Notes under the pieces: generated by a model
What the model saw: only the letters and a program-made list of their open reading frames with translations
Told to the model about the DNA's origin: nothing
Database searches by the model: none
Shown: piece by piece, positions 39,295 to 50,750 of the stretch
Layout: every line of letters starts with the position of its first letter
How positions within the stretch are numbered: position 1 is the first letter of the stretch
Assembly: GCA_041752695.1 (NCBI GenBank)
Contig: JBGSVZ010000035.1
Span: forward strand, 96,001-160,000
From: Terrimicrobiaceae bacterium
Lineage (GTDB): Bacteria; Verrucomicrobiota; Verrucomicrobiia; Chthoniobacterales; Terrimicrobiaceae
Length of the DNA stretch: 64,000 nt
Direction of reading: 5' to 3'
Translations under genes and position numbers: made by a program

Positions 39295-40368
39295 ATGAAC
39301 CGAAAAGATCTTCCCAGGGAAATTCTCGAGACCATCGCCCGCGGTACGGTTATTCCCGCCTCGCCCCTCGCGTTGAACCGCTTCCGCCAGTTCGACGAAC
39401 GTCGTCAGCGCGCGCTGATGCGCTATTACATCGACGCCGGAGCCGGTGGTGTGGCAGTGGGCATGCATTTTACCCAGTTCGAAATCCGCCAGCCCGGGAT
39501 CGATCTTTTTGAACCCGTCCTGCGGGTCTGCGCGGATGAGATCGACCGATGGTCCGCGGAGTCGGGCCGCCAGATCGTCAAGGTCGCCGGCATCAACGGC
39601 CTGACGGCGAGCGCGCTCCAGCAGGCCGAACTGGCCCGCGAACTCGGCTATCATGTGGGGATTGTTTCCATGGCGGCCTTCGGATCGGCGATGGAACAGG
39701 AGATGATTTTCCACATCCGCGAACTCGCCAAAGTCATGCCGCTCTTTGGGTTTTACCTGCTCACCGGAGTCGGCGGCATCAAACTTCCGTACCATTTCTG
39801 GCGCGAACTGGTGGAGGTGGAAAACGTGGTGGGGATCAAAATCGCGCCATTTGATCGCTACGGGACGATCGACGTGACGCGTGCCCTGGCGGACTCCGGC
39901 CGGGCCGACGAGGTCACCCTTTACACCGGGAATGACGACAGCATCATCTATGATTTCATCACCCCGTATCGTTTCGGTCCGGAGGGCGGATCGTCGACCG
40001 TCCGCATTCGGGGCGGTTTGCTGGGACAATGGGGCTGCTGGACCCGGACGGCGGTCGATCTGCATGCAAAACTCCTCGAAATCGTGGACCATAATCTGCC
40101 GGCGACCCCGGAATTGCTCACCCTCTCGGCTCAGATTACCGACGCCAACGCGGCTCTTTTTGATCCCGCCCACAACTACCGGGGCAGCATCCCCGGCGTG
40201 AACGAAATCCTGCGCCGTCAGGGCCTGCTGGAAGGCATTTGGACTTTGAAACGCGAAGAGGTCCTTTCCCCGGGCCAGCTCGAGGAGATCGACCGCGTCT
40301 GCGCGGCCTACCCCCACCTCACGGATGACGCCTTCGTGGAGGCGAACCGCGATCGCTGGCTGAACTGA
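39295..40368 (+). CDS. Dihydrodipicolinate synthase-like (class I aldolase) family protein
   Basis: VIPASPLAL, GAGGVAVGMHFTQFEIR, GIKIAPFDRY, LYTGNDD. Confidence 0.85.
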   Translation: MNRKDLPREILETIARGTVIPASPLALNRFRQFDERRQRALMRYYIDAGAGGVAVGMHFTQFEIRQPGIDLFEPVLRVCADEIDRWSAESGRQIVKVAGINGLTASALQQAELARELGYHVGIVSMAAFGSAMEQEMIFHIRELAKVMPLFGFYLLTGVGGIKLPYHFWRELVEVENVVGIKIAPFDRYGTIDVTRALADSGRADEVTLYTGNDDSIIYDFITPYRFGPEGGSSTVRIRGGLLGQWGCWTRTAVDLHAKLLEIVDHNLPATPELLTLSAQITDANAALFDPAHNYRGSIPGVNEILRRQGLLEGIWTLKREEVLSPGQLEEIDRVCAAYPHLTDDAFVEANRDRWLN

Positions 40369-40375
40369 CCCCTTT

Positions 40376-41425
40376 ATGAACATTCCCACCCTCGAAGACA
40401 CGCCTCTGCCGGAAGCCTTTCGCGACGAAGCCCACCTCGAAGATTTTCTCGCCACGCCTCCCCGGGGTTTGGTGGAAGATTTTTCGACCCTGAGTGGAGA
40501 CATTCTCATTCTGGGGGTGGCCGGAAAAGTCGGACCGACCCTGGCCATGATGGCAAAACGCGCCGCTCCGCAGAAACGGGTGTTCGGGGTGGCGCGGTTT
40601 TCGGACCCCGGGGTGAAACTCCGCCTGGAAGCGGCCGGAGTGGAAACTCTCACCTGTGATCTGCTCGACCGGGAGGCCGTCGCCCGCCTGCCGCAATGCG
40701 AAAATGTCGTGTTCATGGCCGGCAAAAAATTTGGCACCACCGGCGGTGAGCCTTTCACTTGGGCGATGAATGCGGTGTGTCCGGCTTATGTGGCGGAACA
40801 TTTTGCCGCCACCCGGTTCGTGGCTTTTTCCACCCTCTGCGTTTATCCCTTTTCCTCTGTGGATGGTCCGGGAGCCACCCCCGACAACACCGCACCCACT
40901 CCCCTGGGCGAGTACGCCAATTCCTGCGTGGCCCGCGAACGGGTCTTCCAGCACTTTTCCGAAAAAACCGGGAGCCCGGGCCGGCTGGCGAGGCTGAACT
41001 ATGCGATCGATTGCCGCTATGGCGTCTTGCTGGATGTGGCCCAGAAAGTTTGGGCCGGCAGCCCCATTGATATCCGAACCGGAGTGGCCAACTGCATCTG
41101 GCAGGGAGATGCGGTGTCTCACATTCTCCGCTGTCTGAAGCAGGGACTCCTCCCCGCGAAAGCTATCAACATCGGGGCTCCCAGGACCACCAACATCCGC
41201 CAGGCGGCGGAGCGCTTCGGAGAACTCTTCGGGCGGGCTCCGATTTTTACCGCCAGCGAAGAACCGACTGCGTGGCACAATGATTGTTCGGAGGCGCAGG
41301 AATTATTTGGTGACCCTGTGGTCAACCTGGATGCCATGATTCGCTGGAACGCGGACTGGCTGCAACGCGGCATGCCGCTCCATCACAAACCCACCCACTA
41401 CGAGGAACGGGCCGGCGCCTTTTAG
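40376..41425 (+). CDS. NAD-dependent epimerase/dehydratase family protein
   Basis: LGVAGKVGP, MAGKKFG, GEYANSC, RLNYA. Confidence 0.87.
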   Translation: MNIPTLEDTPLPEAFRDEAHLEDFLATPPRGLVEDFSTLSGDILILGVAGKVGPTLAMMAKRAAPQKRVFGVARFSDPGVKLRLEAAGVETLTCDLLDREAVARLPQCENVVFMAGKKFGTTGGEPFTWAMNAVCPAYVAEHFAATRFVAFSTLCVYPFSSVDGPGATPDNTAPTPLGEYANSCVARERVFQHFSEKTGSPGRLARLNYAIDCRYGVLLDVAQKVWAGSPIDIRTGVANCIWQGDAVSHILRCLKQGLLPAKAINIGAPRTTNIRQAAERFGELFGRAPIFTASEEPTAWHNDCSEAQELFGDPVVNLDAMIRWNADWLQRGMPLHHKPTHYEERAGAF

Positions 41426-41433
41426 CGGACACG

Positions 41434-42609
41434 ATGACGGCGATAAATCCCCCCGGCCGGCTGGACATTCCAGCGCGCATCCTTTTCGGCGGCGGATGTC
41501 GGTCCCGACTGCCCGAACTCGTTCGGGAACTGGGGGGAAGCCGGGTCCTGCTCGTGACCGATCCCGGGATCGTCCAGCTCGGCAGGGCCGCAGAGATTTC
41601 CTCCCTCCTGCGCTCCACGGGCCTCGATGTCGCAATTTTTGCCGAAGTTCAACCGGACCCAACCGACGAAAACGTTGCCCAGGGAGTCGTCGCGCTGGAG
41701 GCCCATGGATCGGACATCGTGGTGGCCCTGGGCGGAGGGTCCCCGATTGATGTCGCCAAGGTCATCGCCATTCGTCCGCGAAATCAGGACCCACTGCCGG
41801 AATACATGGGTCTCCACAAAATTCCGCGGGCGGGGCTGCCGCTCATCGTGCTGCCCACCACGGCCGGCACGGGAAGCGAGGCCACCAAGGTCGCGGTGAT
41901 CACCGATACCCAACGGGGGGTGAAAATGATGATGCTCAGCGCCCCGTTGCTGCCGGCGGCCGCCTTGGTGGACTACGAACTCAGCCTGGGCATGCCGAAA
42001 ATGCTGACCGCCGCGGTGGGGGTGGACACGCTGACTCATGGCATCGAAGCCTACGTGTCCCGCAAGGCAAACGCCTTCACCGATCCCCTCGCCCTCCAGT
42101 GCGTGGCGCTGGCCGCGACGCATCTGGAAACAGCCTGGCGAGAGCCCGGAAATCACGCTGCCCGCGAAGGCATGATGATCTCTGCGACCCTCGGCGGCAT
42201 GGCGTTTTCCAACAGCAGCGTTGCCCTCGTCCACGGCATGAGCCGCCCGATCGGCGCGGTGTTTCATCTGCCTCACGGGCTTTCCAATGCCGTTTTGCTT
42301 CCGGCCGTAACCCGGTTTTCCGCCAACGCCAGCCCCCAGAGATACGCGACCCTTGCCAGGACCGTGGGATGCGCGGAGAACACGCATTCGGATACCGAGG
42401 CCTGCGCGGCGCTCATCGTCTGGCTCGAGCACTTTAATCGCACGCTGGAGATTCCCCGACTTTCCGAATGCCACGGGGTCACGCGGGAAATTTTCGAAAC
42501 GAACGTGGAACGGATGGCCGACGATGCCCTCGCCTCGGGTAGCCCAGCCAACAATCCCCGGGTTCCCACCCGCGACGAAATCACCGCGCTCTATCGCGAG
42601 GCTTTTTAA
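41434..42609 (+). CDS. Iron-containing alcohol dehydrogenase
   Basis: GGGSPIDVAK, PTTAGTGSE, DTLTHGIE, VHGMS..PHG. Confidence 0.95.
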   Translation: MTAINPPGRLDIPARILFGGGCRSRLPELVRELGGSRVLLVTDPGIVQLGRAAEISSLLRSTGLDVAIFAEVQPDPTDENVAQGVVALEAHGSDIVVALGGGSPIDVAKVIAIRPRNQDPLPEYMGLHKIPRAGLPLIVLPTTAGTGSEATKVAVITDTQRGVKMMMLSAPLLPAAALVDYELSLGMPKMLTAAVGVDTLTHGIEAYVSRKANAFTDPLALQCVALAATHLETAWREPGNHAAREGMMISATLGGMAFSNSSVALVHGMSRPIGAVFHLPHGLSNAVLLPAVTRFSANASPQRYATLARTVGCAENTHSDTEACAALIVWLEHFNRTLEIPRLSECHGVTREIFETNVERMADDALASGSPANNPRVPTRDEITALYREAF

Positions 42610-42641
42610 GAGTTCCTTTTTCCACCCGCCGGGGCCGGAAC

Positions 42642-43745
42642 TTAAAGAGCCACCCTCCCGGGCGCGAGTCCCGGGGGGAGCGGTTCAGGTCGGCTCATGG
42701 AACTGGCCAGTTCCACCCGGCGGCCCGCCTCGGCGGAATCCACGATGGAATGCATCAGATCAAGAACGTGAAAAGCCACCCGCTCGTTGGCGCGGTGTTC
42801 CCGCCCGTTGACGATGGCGTTGACCATGTCCGCCACCCCCAGCCCGCGGCTGTTTTCGGTGTAGCCGAATTCGCTCGGCATCTCGCGCCACTCGGTCTCA
42901 TCGCGCTTCCGGAGGAGAATTGGCCCGTTAAAAGTGTTGGGATCGGGCACGACCAGCGTGCCCTCCGAGCCGTAAATCTCAATGTTGCGAAACTGGGATC
43001 CTACGACATCGAAACTGGTCGTGAGGGTCACCACCGGACCGGAATCGAACTCCAGCACGCCGGTCACAAAAGTGGGCACCTCCACCGTGATGTTCGAACC
43101 GGCGAGGGGCTGGCTGGTGATCTGACGTTCCTTGAAGCTCATCCGGGCCGCGCCACTCACGCGACCGACCGGACCCAGCAAGGTGGTGAAAGCGGTGAGA
43201 TAATACGGCCCCATGTCAAAAAGCGGACCCGCGCCTTTTTTATAAAAAAACTCGGGGTTGGGGTGCCAGCTCTCCGGCCCGCGGCTGAGCATGAACCCCG
43301 TGCCGCCCACCGGCACGCCGATGGCCCCTGAGTCGATCAGCTTCCGGCAGGTTTGGAGGCCCCCCCCCAGAAACGTGTCCGGCGCACAGCCGATGCGGAC
43401 CTTTTTTTCCCGCGCCAACCCGATCATCTCCCGGGCCTCGCGGCGGCGCAGCGTCAGCGGCTTTTCATTGTAAACGTGTTTCCCCTTTTTGATCGCCCGG
43501 GTGGCGATCTCGCCATGGGCGGCTGGCACGGTCAGATTAATCACCAATTTAACGTCGGAGGAAGAAAGCAGCTCCTCCACCGTGAGCACTTTGGGGATAC
43601 CGTGCTCGGAGGCGAGGGCCTCAGCGCGGCTGACTTCCAGGTCAGCACAGGCAACAATGTCGAGATCTGCGAACTTCTTGCCCGCCTCGGCGTAGATTTT
43701 GCTGATGTTGCCACACCCGATAATTCCGACAGGAAACTTGCTCAT
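42642..43745 (-). CDS. Gfo/Idh/MocA oxidoreductase
   Basis: GIIGCGNIS, GKHVYNEKP, APDTFLG, GPLFDMGPYY. Confidence 0.94.
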   Translation of the reverse strand: MSKFPVGIIGCGNISKIYAEAGKKFADLDIVACADLEVSRAEALASEHGIPKVLTVEELLSSSDVKLVINLTVPAAHGEIATRAIKKGKHVYNEKPLTLRRREAREMIGLAREKKVRIGCAPDTFLGGGLQTCRKLIDSGAIGVPVGGTGFMLSRGPESWHPNPEFFYKKGAGPLFDMGPYYLTAFTTLLGPVGRVSGAARMSFKERQITSQPLAGSNITVEVPTFVTGVLEFDSGPVVTLTTSFDVVGSQFRNIEIYGSEGTLVVPDPNTFNGPILLRKRDETEWREMPSEFGYTENSRGLGVADMVNAIVNGREHRANERVAFHVLDLMHSIVDSAEAGRRVELASSMSRPEPLPPGLAPGRVAL

Positions 43746-43843
43746 AATTCGTCGATGGTTTCCCGGTTATGAAAGTCCATCCGGGATTGCCAGCCAATTT
43801 TTCCCGGGCTCGACATTCCGGCCATGTCCGTTATGCTCATGTT

Positions 43844-44587
43844 GTGTCCCCCCTGACCGCTGAGTTCCTCGGCACGGCTCTATTGATCGTGCTCGGAGAT
43901 GGCGTCGTGGCCAACGTCGTGCTGGCCAAATCGAAGGGCCAGAACTCCGGATGGATCGTCATATCGGCGGGTTGGGCCTTCGCGGTCTTTGTCGCTGTCT
44001 TCGCCACCGCCCGCATCAGCGGCGCGCACCTTAATCCCGCCGTGTCGGTGGCTCTCGCCATCACCGGGGCGTTTTCTTGGTCGCTGGTGCCAGGATACAT
44101 CGTCGCGCAAATCCTGGGGGCCTTCGCCGGCGGCATCGTTGTCTGGCTGGCCTATCTGCCCCATTGGAAAGAAACCGAGGACGCCGACGCGAAGCGGGCC
44201 GTTTTTTGCACCGCCCCCGCCATCCGAAGCGCGCCCGCGAACTTCCTCTGCGAATTCATTGCGACGTTCGTCTTTATTTTGGGTGTGCTCACGATCAAGG
44301 GCGCCGTGGAAGACCCTCTCAGCGCGGCATCCATTCCCATCGATCTCGGCGCCCTCGGTGCCATCCCCGTCGCCCTGCTGGTCTGGGCCATTGGCCTATC
44401 CCTGGGCGGACCGACCGGCTACGCCATCAATCCCGCCCGCGACTTCGGTCCGCGCCTCGCCCATTTTCTTCTCCCCATCGCGGGAAAATCCCACAGCGAC
44501 TGGGCGTATTCCTGGGTCCCCATCCTGGCTCCCCTCGCCGGAGCCGCCAGCGCCGCCGCCCTCTACCTCGCCCTCGGAAAATACTAA
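43844..44587 (+). CDS. glpF: Glycerol uptake facilitator (MIP aquaglyceroporin)
   Basis: SGAHLNPA and GYAINPARD; probable GTG start at 43844. Confidence 0.94.
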   Translation: MSPLTAEFLGTALLIVLGDGVVANVVLAKSKGQNSGWIVISAGWAFAVFVAVFATARISGAHLNPAVSVALAITGAFSWSLVPGYIVAQILGAFAGGIVVWLAYLPHWKETEDADAKRAVFCTAPAIRSAPANFLCEFIATFVFILGVLTIKGAVEDPLSAASIPIDLGALGAIPVALLVWAIGLSLGGPTGYAINPARDFGPRLAHFLLPIAGKSHSDWAYSWVPILAPLAGAASAAALYLALGKY

Positions 44588-44606
44588 CACCACCAACAAA
44601 AACAGA

Positions 44607-44683
44607 TTTTTGAACAGAAGATAACTAAGGAAACAAAGAGTATCTTTCCAGCCTTCGTTACCTTCGTTTCCTTCTGTAAAATC
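44607..44683. repeat. REP-like imperfect inverted repeat with 9-nt periodicity
   Basis: TTTTGAACAGAAGATAACTAAGGAAACAAAG pairs imperfectly with CTTCGTTACCTTCGTTTCCTTCTGTAAAA. Confidence 0.65.
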
Positions 44684-44696
44684 CTCCTCTCCGCCC

Positions 44697-46178
<1,482 letters not shown>

Positions 46179-46289
46179 CCCCTACTTTTCCCAAAAACTG
46201 GAAATTCGGCCAGCCCGATACAGCGCCTAAACCCCAACACCTCTTCCCATTAGTGATTCTTAGTGTTCATTAGTGGTGAACTCTTCCTT

Positions 46290-47843
46290 ATGAACCGCGA
46301 ACAAATGCTCCAACGTCTCACCACCGAAACGGCCTGGGACGTCATCATCATCGGCGGAGGCGCCACCGGCCTCGGCGTCGCCGTGGACTCAGCCACCCGG
46401 GGTCTCAAGACCCTCCTGCTGGAAGCCCACGACTTCTGCAAAGGCACCTCCAGCCGCAGCACAAAACTCGTCCACGGCGGCGTGCGTTACCTCGAACAAG
46501 GCGACATCCCGCTGGTCCTCGAAGCCCTGCGCGAACGCGGCCTGCTGCATCGCAACGCCCCGCACATCGTCCACCATCTCTCTTTTATCGTCCCACGCTA
46601 CAAATGGTGGGAAGGCCCGTTCTTCGGCATCGGGATGAAAGTTTATGATGCCCTCGCCGGAAAACTAAACCTCTCTCCGTCGAAAATTCTCTCGCGCGAA
46701 GAAACCATTCGCCGCATTCCGAATATCGAACCGGAAAATCTTTTGGGTGGTGTGGAGTATTTCGACGGCCAGTTTGACGATTCCCGCCTCGCCATTACCC
46801 TGGCGCAGACCGCCGCCGACCATGGCGCGACCCTCCTCAACTACACCTCTGTCACCGGCCTGACCAAATCCGAGGGCATGACCAGCGGCCTCACCTGCCG
46901 CGATGAGGAGACCGGACAGACCCACGAACTCAAGGCCCGGGTGATCATCAACGCCACCGGGATTTTCGCCGATGACATCCGTCTGATGGACGAACCCACC
47001 GTCGCGCGCGCGGTCCAGCCCAGTCAGGGCGTTCACCTGGTTTTTGACCGGACCTTTCTCCAGGGGGATTCTGCCATCATGGTGCCGCACACCGACGACG
47101 GACGCGTTCTTTTTGTCATTCCCTGGCATGACAAAGTTCTCGTTGGCACCACCGACACCGCGATGGATAAAGCGGAACTCGAGCCCCGCGCACTCGACGA
47201 AGAAATTGGCTTCATCCTACGCAACGCCGCGCGCTATCTCGCCCGTGATCCCAAAAAAGAAGACATCCTGAGCATTTTCGCCGGTCAGCGCCCGCTCGTC
47301 CGCAAGCCCGGCAAGGACGGCGGCGCGACGAAAGCCATTTCCCGGAACCACGAGGTGCTTGTCTCCGATTCCGGCCTCGTCACCATCGTGGGCGGAAAGT
47401 GGACCACCTACCGCAAGATGGCCGAGGACACCCTGAATCATGCGACGCTCATCGGCGGCCTTCCGGAAACATCCTGCTCCACCGAGACCCTGCAACTGCA
47501 CGGCTACCGCAGCCCGCACGCCGCCCCGCTTCCCGCCGCCTACGCGGTTTACGGATCGGACGCGCCGAAACTCGAGCAACTCGGGGCCGACGTCCGCCTC
47601 CACCACCGCCTGCCCTACACCAAGGCCAATGTGCAGTGGGCGGTGCGTTTCGAAATGGCCCGCACGGTGGAAGATGTCCTCTCCCGCCGCACCCGCGCCC
47701 TCCTCCTGGATGCCCAGGCCGCGCTCGAAATGGCCCCGGAAACCGCGGCTATTCTGGCGGCGGAACTCGGCAAAGACAAAGCCTGGGAAGCCGCGCAGTT
47801 GGAGGATTTTCGCAAACTCGCCCTGGGCTACCTTCCCGCGTAA
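46290..47843 (+). CDS. glpD: FAD-dependent glycerol-3-phosphate dehydrogenase
   Basis: IGGGATGLG, GTSSRSTKLVHGGVRYL, DGQFDD, GGKWTTYR. Confidence 0.96.
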   Translation: MNREQMLQRLTTETAWDVIIIGGGATGLGVAVDSATRGLKTLLLEAHDFCKGTSSRSTKLVHGGVRYLEQGDIPLVLEALRERGLLHRNAPHIVHHLSFIVPRYKWWEGPFFGIGMKVYDALAGKLNLSPSKILSREETIRRIPNIEPENLLGGVEYFDGQFDDSRLAITLAQTAADHGATLLNYTSVTGLTKSEGMTSGLTCRDEETGQTHELKARVIINATGIFADDIRLMDEPTVARAVQPSQGVHLVFDRTFLQGDSAIMVPHTDDGRVLFVIPWHDKVLVGTTDTAMDKAELEPRALDEEIGFILRNAARYLARDPKKEDILSIFAGQRPLVRKPGKDGGATKAISRNHEVLVSDSGLVTIVGGKWTTYRKMAEDTLNHATLIGGLPETSCSTETLQLHGYRSPHAAPLPAAYAVYGSDAPKLEQLGADVRLHHRLPYTKANVQWAVRFEMARTVEDVLSRRTRALLLDAQAALEMAPETAAILAAELGKDKAWEAAQLEDFRKLALGYLPA

Positions 47844-48478
47844 GCCATGCGGCGAGCCGCAGACTGCGAGGATTCCAGCGGACGAGGACGGTACGGCTGC
47901 CAGACCGGCGGCGAGGCCCGGCGCTGCAAAAGGTCCCGCTGAATGCGCGCACAGTCCCCGGGCCCGAGCAGGTCCGGATGAATCGTCGTGCGGAGCTGGT
48001 GCGCCACGCCGGAAGCCACCACGATTTCGAGGGAACGTTCCACCCGCGCCGCGCATCCCGGGCGTCCTGTTACGCGATCGTAGCGATCGTCAAAGGGCGC
48101 TTTGATATCCAGGCCCACCCAGTCCACCAGGGGCAGCACGGCCTGCAAACGCTCGGGAAAGATTCCCGCGGTGTGGAGCCCGATTTTAAATCCCAAGTCG
48201 CGCACCTCCCGCATGGCCTGACCCAGCCCCGCCTGCAAGGTGGGCTCTCCGCCGCTGAATACCACCGCTTCCAACAGTCCCGTGCGGTCTTTCAAAAACG
48301 CCTTCACCCGCGACCAGCTCCAGCGGGTGGCGACCGCCGAACGGCAGGCCTGCAGGTGCGAATTATGACAATACCCACAACGCCACGGACATCCCTGGCA
48401 AAAGATGACCGCGGCAAGGTGATCCGGATAGTCTACCGTAGTGAACGCCGCGAGGCCTCCAATCGAGATCGGGTTCAA
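47828..48478 (-). CDS. nrdG: Anaerobic RNR activating radical SAM protein
   Basis: GCPWRCGYCHN, SGGEPTLQ. TTG start overlaps upstream stop; GGAGG RBS. Confidence 0.93.
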   Translation of the reverse strand: MNPISIGGLAAFTTVDYPDHLAAVIFCQGCPWRCGYCHNSHLQACRSAVATRWSWSRVKAFLKDRTGLLEAVVFSGGEPTLQAGLGQAMREVRDLGFKIGLHTAGIFPERLQAVLPLVDWVGLDIKAPFDDRYDRVTGRPGCAARVERSLEIVVASGVAHQLRTTIHPDLLGPGDCARIQRDLLQRRASPPVWQPYRPRPLESSQSAARRMAYAGR

Positions 48479-48654
48479 TTCTGCCCCTCCTCCCGTTTCG
48501 CGTCGTCGACACATTCCCGATAGGACAGACGCTCGGCGTGTTCGCTGCGTTTGCCGGCGTTAAATTGCGAGACGGGCCGATGGTAGCCCATCACGCGTGT
48601 CCAGACCTCACAGGGCTGGCGTTCGTGGTCTTCGAGTTTGATGGCGGTTTTCAT
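48475..48654 (-). CDS. Stand-alone glycyl-radical domain of class III RNR
   Basis: CEVWTRVMGYHRPVSQFNAGK; 59 aa. Confidence 0.88.
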   Translation of the reverse strand: MKTAIKLEDHERQPCEVWTRVMGYHRPVSQFNAGKRSEHAERLSYRECVDDAKREEGQN

Positions 48655-48659
48655 AAGAT

Positions 48660-50732
48660 TTACGCGACGGCCGCGAGTTGTTTGGCCTGCAGCCGCTCGG
48701 CGTCGCATCGCGGGCAGAACGGATGCTCCCCGGCCAGATAGCCGTGAGCGGGGCAGATGGAGAACGTGGGAGTGATGGTGATGTAAGGAACGCGGAAGCG
48801 CGTGAGCAAACGCCGCACGACTTCCCGGCAGGCCCGACTGCTCGAAATCCGCTCATTCATGTAAAGATGAAAAACCGTGCCTCCGGTGTATTGCCGTTGC
48901 AGGTCCTCCTGATGCGCCAGCGCGGCAATGGGATCATCGGTCCAACCCACCGGCAGTTGCGTCGAATTCGTGTAATACGGGGCCTCCGGCGTTCCGGCTT
49001 GAAGGATGCCCGGAAACTTCTGCCGGTCCGCCCGTGCAAACCGGTAGGTCGCCCCCTCCGCCGGCGACGCTTCCAAATTATACAGATGCCCGGTTTCCTC
49101 CTGAAACCTCACCATCCCCGCCCTCATGTGGGCAAGGATCCTCAGGGCAAAATCCCTGCCCCAGGGCGTGGCAATATTTTCTGCGCCGCCGGTGAAATTG
49201 AGAATGCATTCGTTGACGCCGTTGATTCCCACCGTGGAAAAATGGTTGCGCAGGGTGCCCAGATACCGCCGCGTGAAGGGAAAAAGCCCGTTGTCCATTT
49301 GCTCCTGGATCACGCGCCGTTTCCGCTCGAGGCTATCCCTCGCCATGCCCATCAGCCGGTCCAACTGTTCGAACAGGGCCGCTTCGACGCCCGAATACAG
49401 GTAACCGAGACGCGCCGCATTGATCGTCACCACGCCAATCGAGCCCGTCTGCTCGGCCGAACCAAAGAGTCCGTTACCCCGCTTGAGGAGTTCGCGCAGG
49501 TCGAGCTGCAGCCGGCAACACATGGAACGAACCATCCCGGGGTGCAGGTCGGAGTTCAGAAAATTCTGAAAATACGGCAGCCCATACTTGGCAGTCATCT
49601 CGAAGAGCAGGTCGCTATTCGGTCCCTCCCAAGGAAAATCCTCCGTCACATTGTAGGTCGGAATGGGAAACGTGAAGACCCGTTCCCGCGCGTCACCCGC
49701 CATCATCACTTCCAGATAGGCGCGGTTCAGCATGTCCATCTCCTGCTGCAGATCCCCATAGGTGAAGGGCGCATTTTTGCCCGCAATCACCGGGTGTTGG
49801 GTCCGCAGATCCTCCGGACAGGAAAGATCGAAGGTCAGATTGGTGAAGGGTGTCTGCGTGCCCCAGCGCGAAGGGACATTGAGGTTAAAAACAAACTCCT
49901 GCATGTTCTGCCGCACGTCGTCATAGGTGAGTCCCTCGATGCGCACATAGGGCGCAAGATAGGTATCGAAGGAACTGAAGGCCTGCGCACCCGCCCATTC
50001 ATTTTGCAACGTGCCCAGGAAATTCACCATCTGCCCAAGCGCCGTGCGCAGCCTCCGCGGCGGCCCGGACTCCACTTTGTTCGGCACGCCATTAAATCCT
50101 TCCGCAAGGAGGGCGCGCAAAGACCAGCCCGCACAGTAGCCGGAGAACATGTCGAGGTCGTGAATGTGAAAATCCCCCTCGCGGTGGGCCTCGCCGATTT
50201 CTTCGGGGTAAATTTCACTCAGCCAGTAGTTCGCCGTCACTTTGCCGGCCACACTTAGGATCATTCCTCCCAGCGAATACCCCTGGTTGGCATTAGCCTG
50301 CACCCGCCAGTCGCTGCGTCCGACATATTCCTGCACGGAGGCCACCGCATTGACCAGCGCCAGCCCACGCTGGCGCAGAGCCCGCCGCCGCTCCCCGCAG
50401 GCAATCGAGGCACGCACGGCTCCCATAAATCCACCCGCCGCCAGCACCTCTTCGACCAGGCGCTGTAGTTCCTCCGCGGCCACCACGCGCACACGATGGG
50501 AGACGGCCAGCCGCCGCAGCACCAGCTCGCCCAGGGATGCCGCCTCGTCCGCGCCGAACTCCCCACTCGCCCGCCCGCTGCTTTCCAGAACCCGCACCAA
50601 TTTTCCCGCCTCGAAGGCCTGGATTTTGCCACCCCGTTTTCGCACGCACACCGGCAGGTTACGGGGCACATCCAAAAGCCAGCGCTGGTCCGGCGTCACG
50701 GTGCGCCGGTTGGCATCGGGGTTGTCGCTCAT
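48660..50732 (-). CDS. nrdD: Anaerobic ribonucleoside-triphosphate reductase (ATP cone + catalytic domain, lacking Gly-radical tail)
   Basis: VRKRGG ATP cone, HIHDL, RSMCCRL, PAEGATYR, YTGGT, Zn motif CPAH..CPRC, then stop. Confidence 0.95.
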   Translation of the reverse strand: MSDNPDANRRTVTPDQRWLLDVPRNLPVCVRKRGGKIQAFEAGKLVRVLESSGRASGEFGADEAASLGELVLRRLAVSHRVRVVAAEELQRLVEEVLAAGGFMGAVRASIACGERRRALRQRGLALVNAVASVQEYVGRSDWRVQANANQGYSLGGMILSVAGKVTANYWLSEIYPEEIGEAHREGDFHIHDLDMFSGYCAGWSLRALLAEGFNGVPNKVESGPPRRLRTALGQMVNFLGTLQNEWAGAQAFSSFDTYLAPYVRIEGLTYDDVRQNMQEFVFNLNVPSRWGTQTPFTNLTFDLSCPEDLRTQHPVIAGKNAPFTYGDLQQEMDMLNRAYLEVMMAGDARERVFTFPIPTYNVTEDFPWEGPNSDLLFEMTAKYGLPYFQNFLNSDLHPGMVRSMCCRLQLDLRELLKRGNGLFGSAEQTGSIGVVTINAARLGYLYSGVEAALFEQLDRLMGMARDSLERKRRVIQEQMDNGLFPFTRRYLGTLRNHFSTVGINGVNECILNFTGGAENIATPWGRDFALRILAHMRAGMVRFQEETGHLYNLEASPAEGATYRFARADRQKFPGILQAGTPEAPYYTNSTQLPVGWTDDPIAALAHQEDLQRQYTGGTVFHLYMNERISSSRACREVVRRLLTRFRVPYITITPTFSICPAHGYLAGEHPFCPRCDAERLQAKQLAAVA

Positions 50733-50750
50733 CAGATTGCCTTTCCTAAG

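Noticed and set aside
38011..40758. 915-aa minus-strand ORF and other long antisense ORFs (33664-35127, 48678-50258, 51315-53129, 55046-57043, most of 57095-59233)
   Set aside because: They are shadow frames of well-supported opposite-strand genes in GC-rich DNA and have no motifs.
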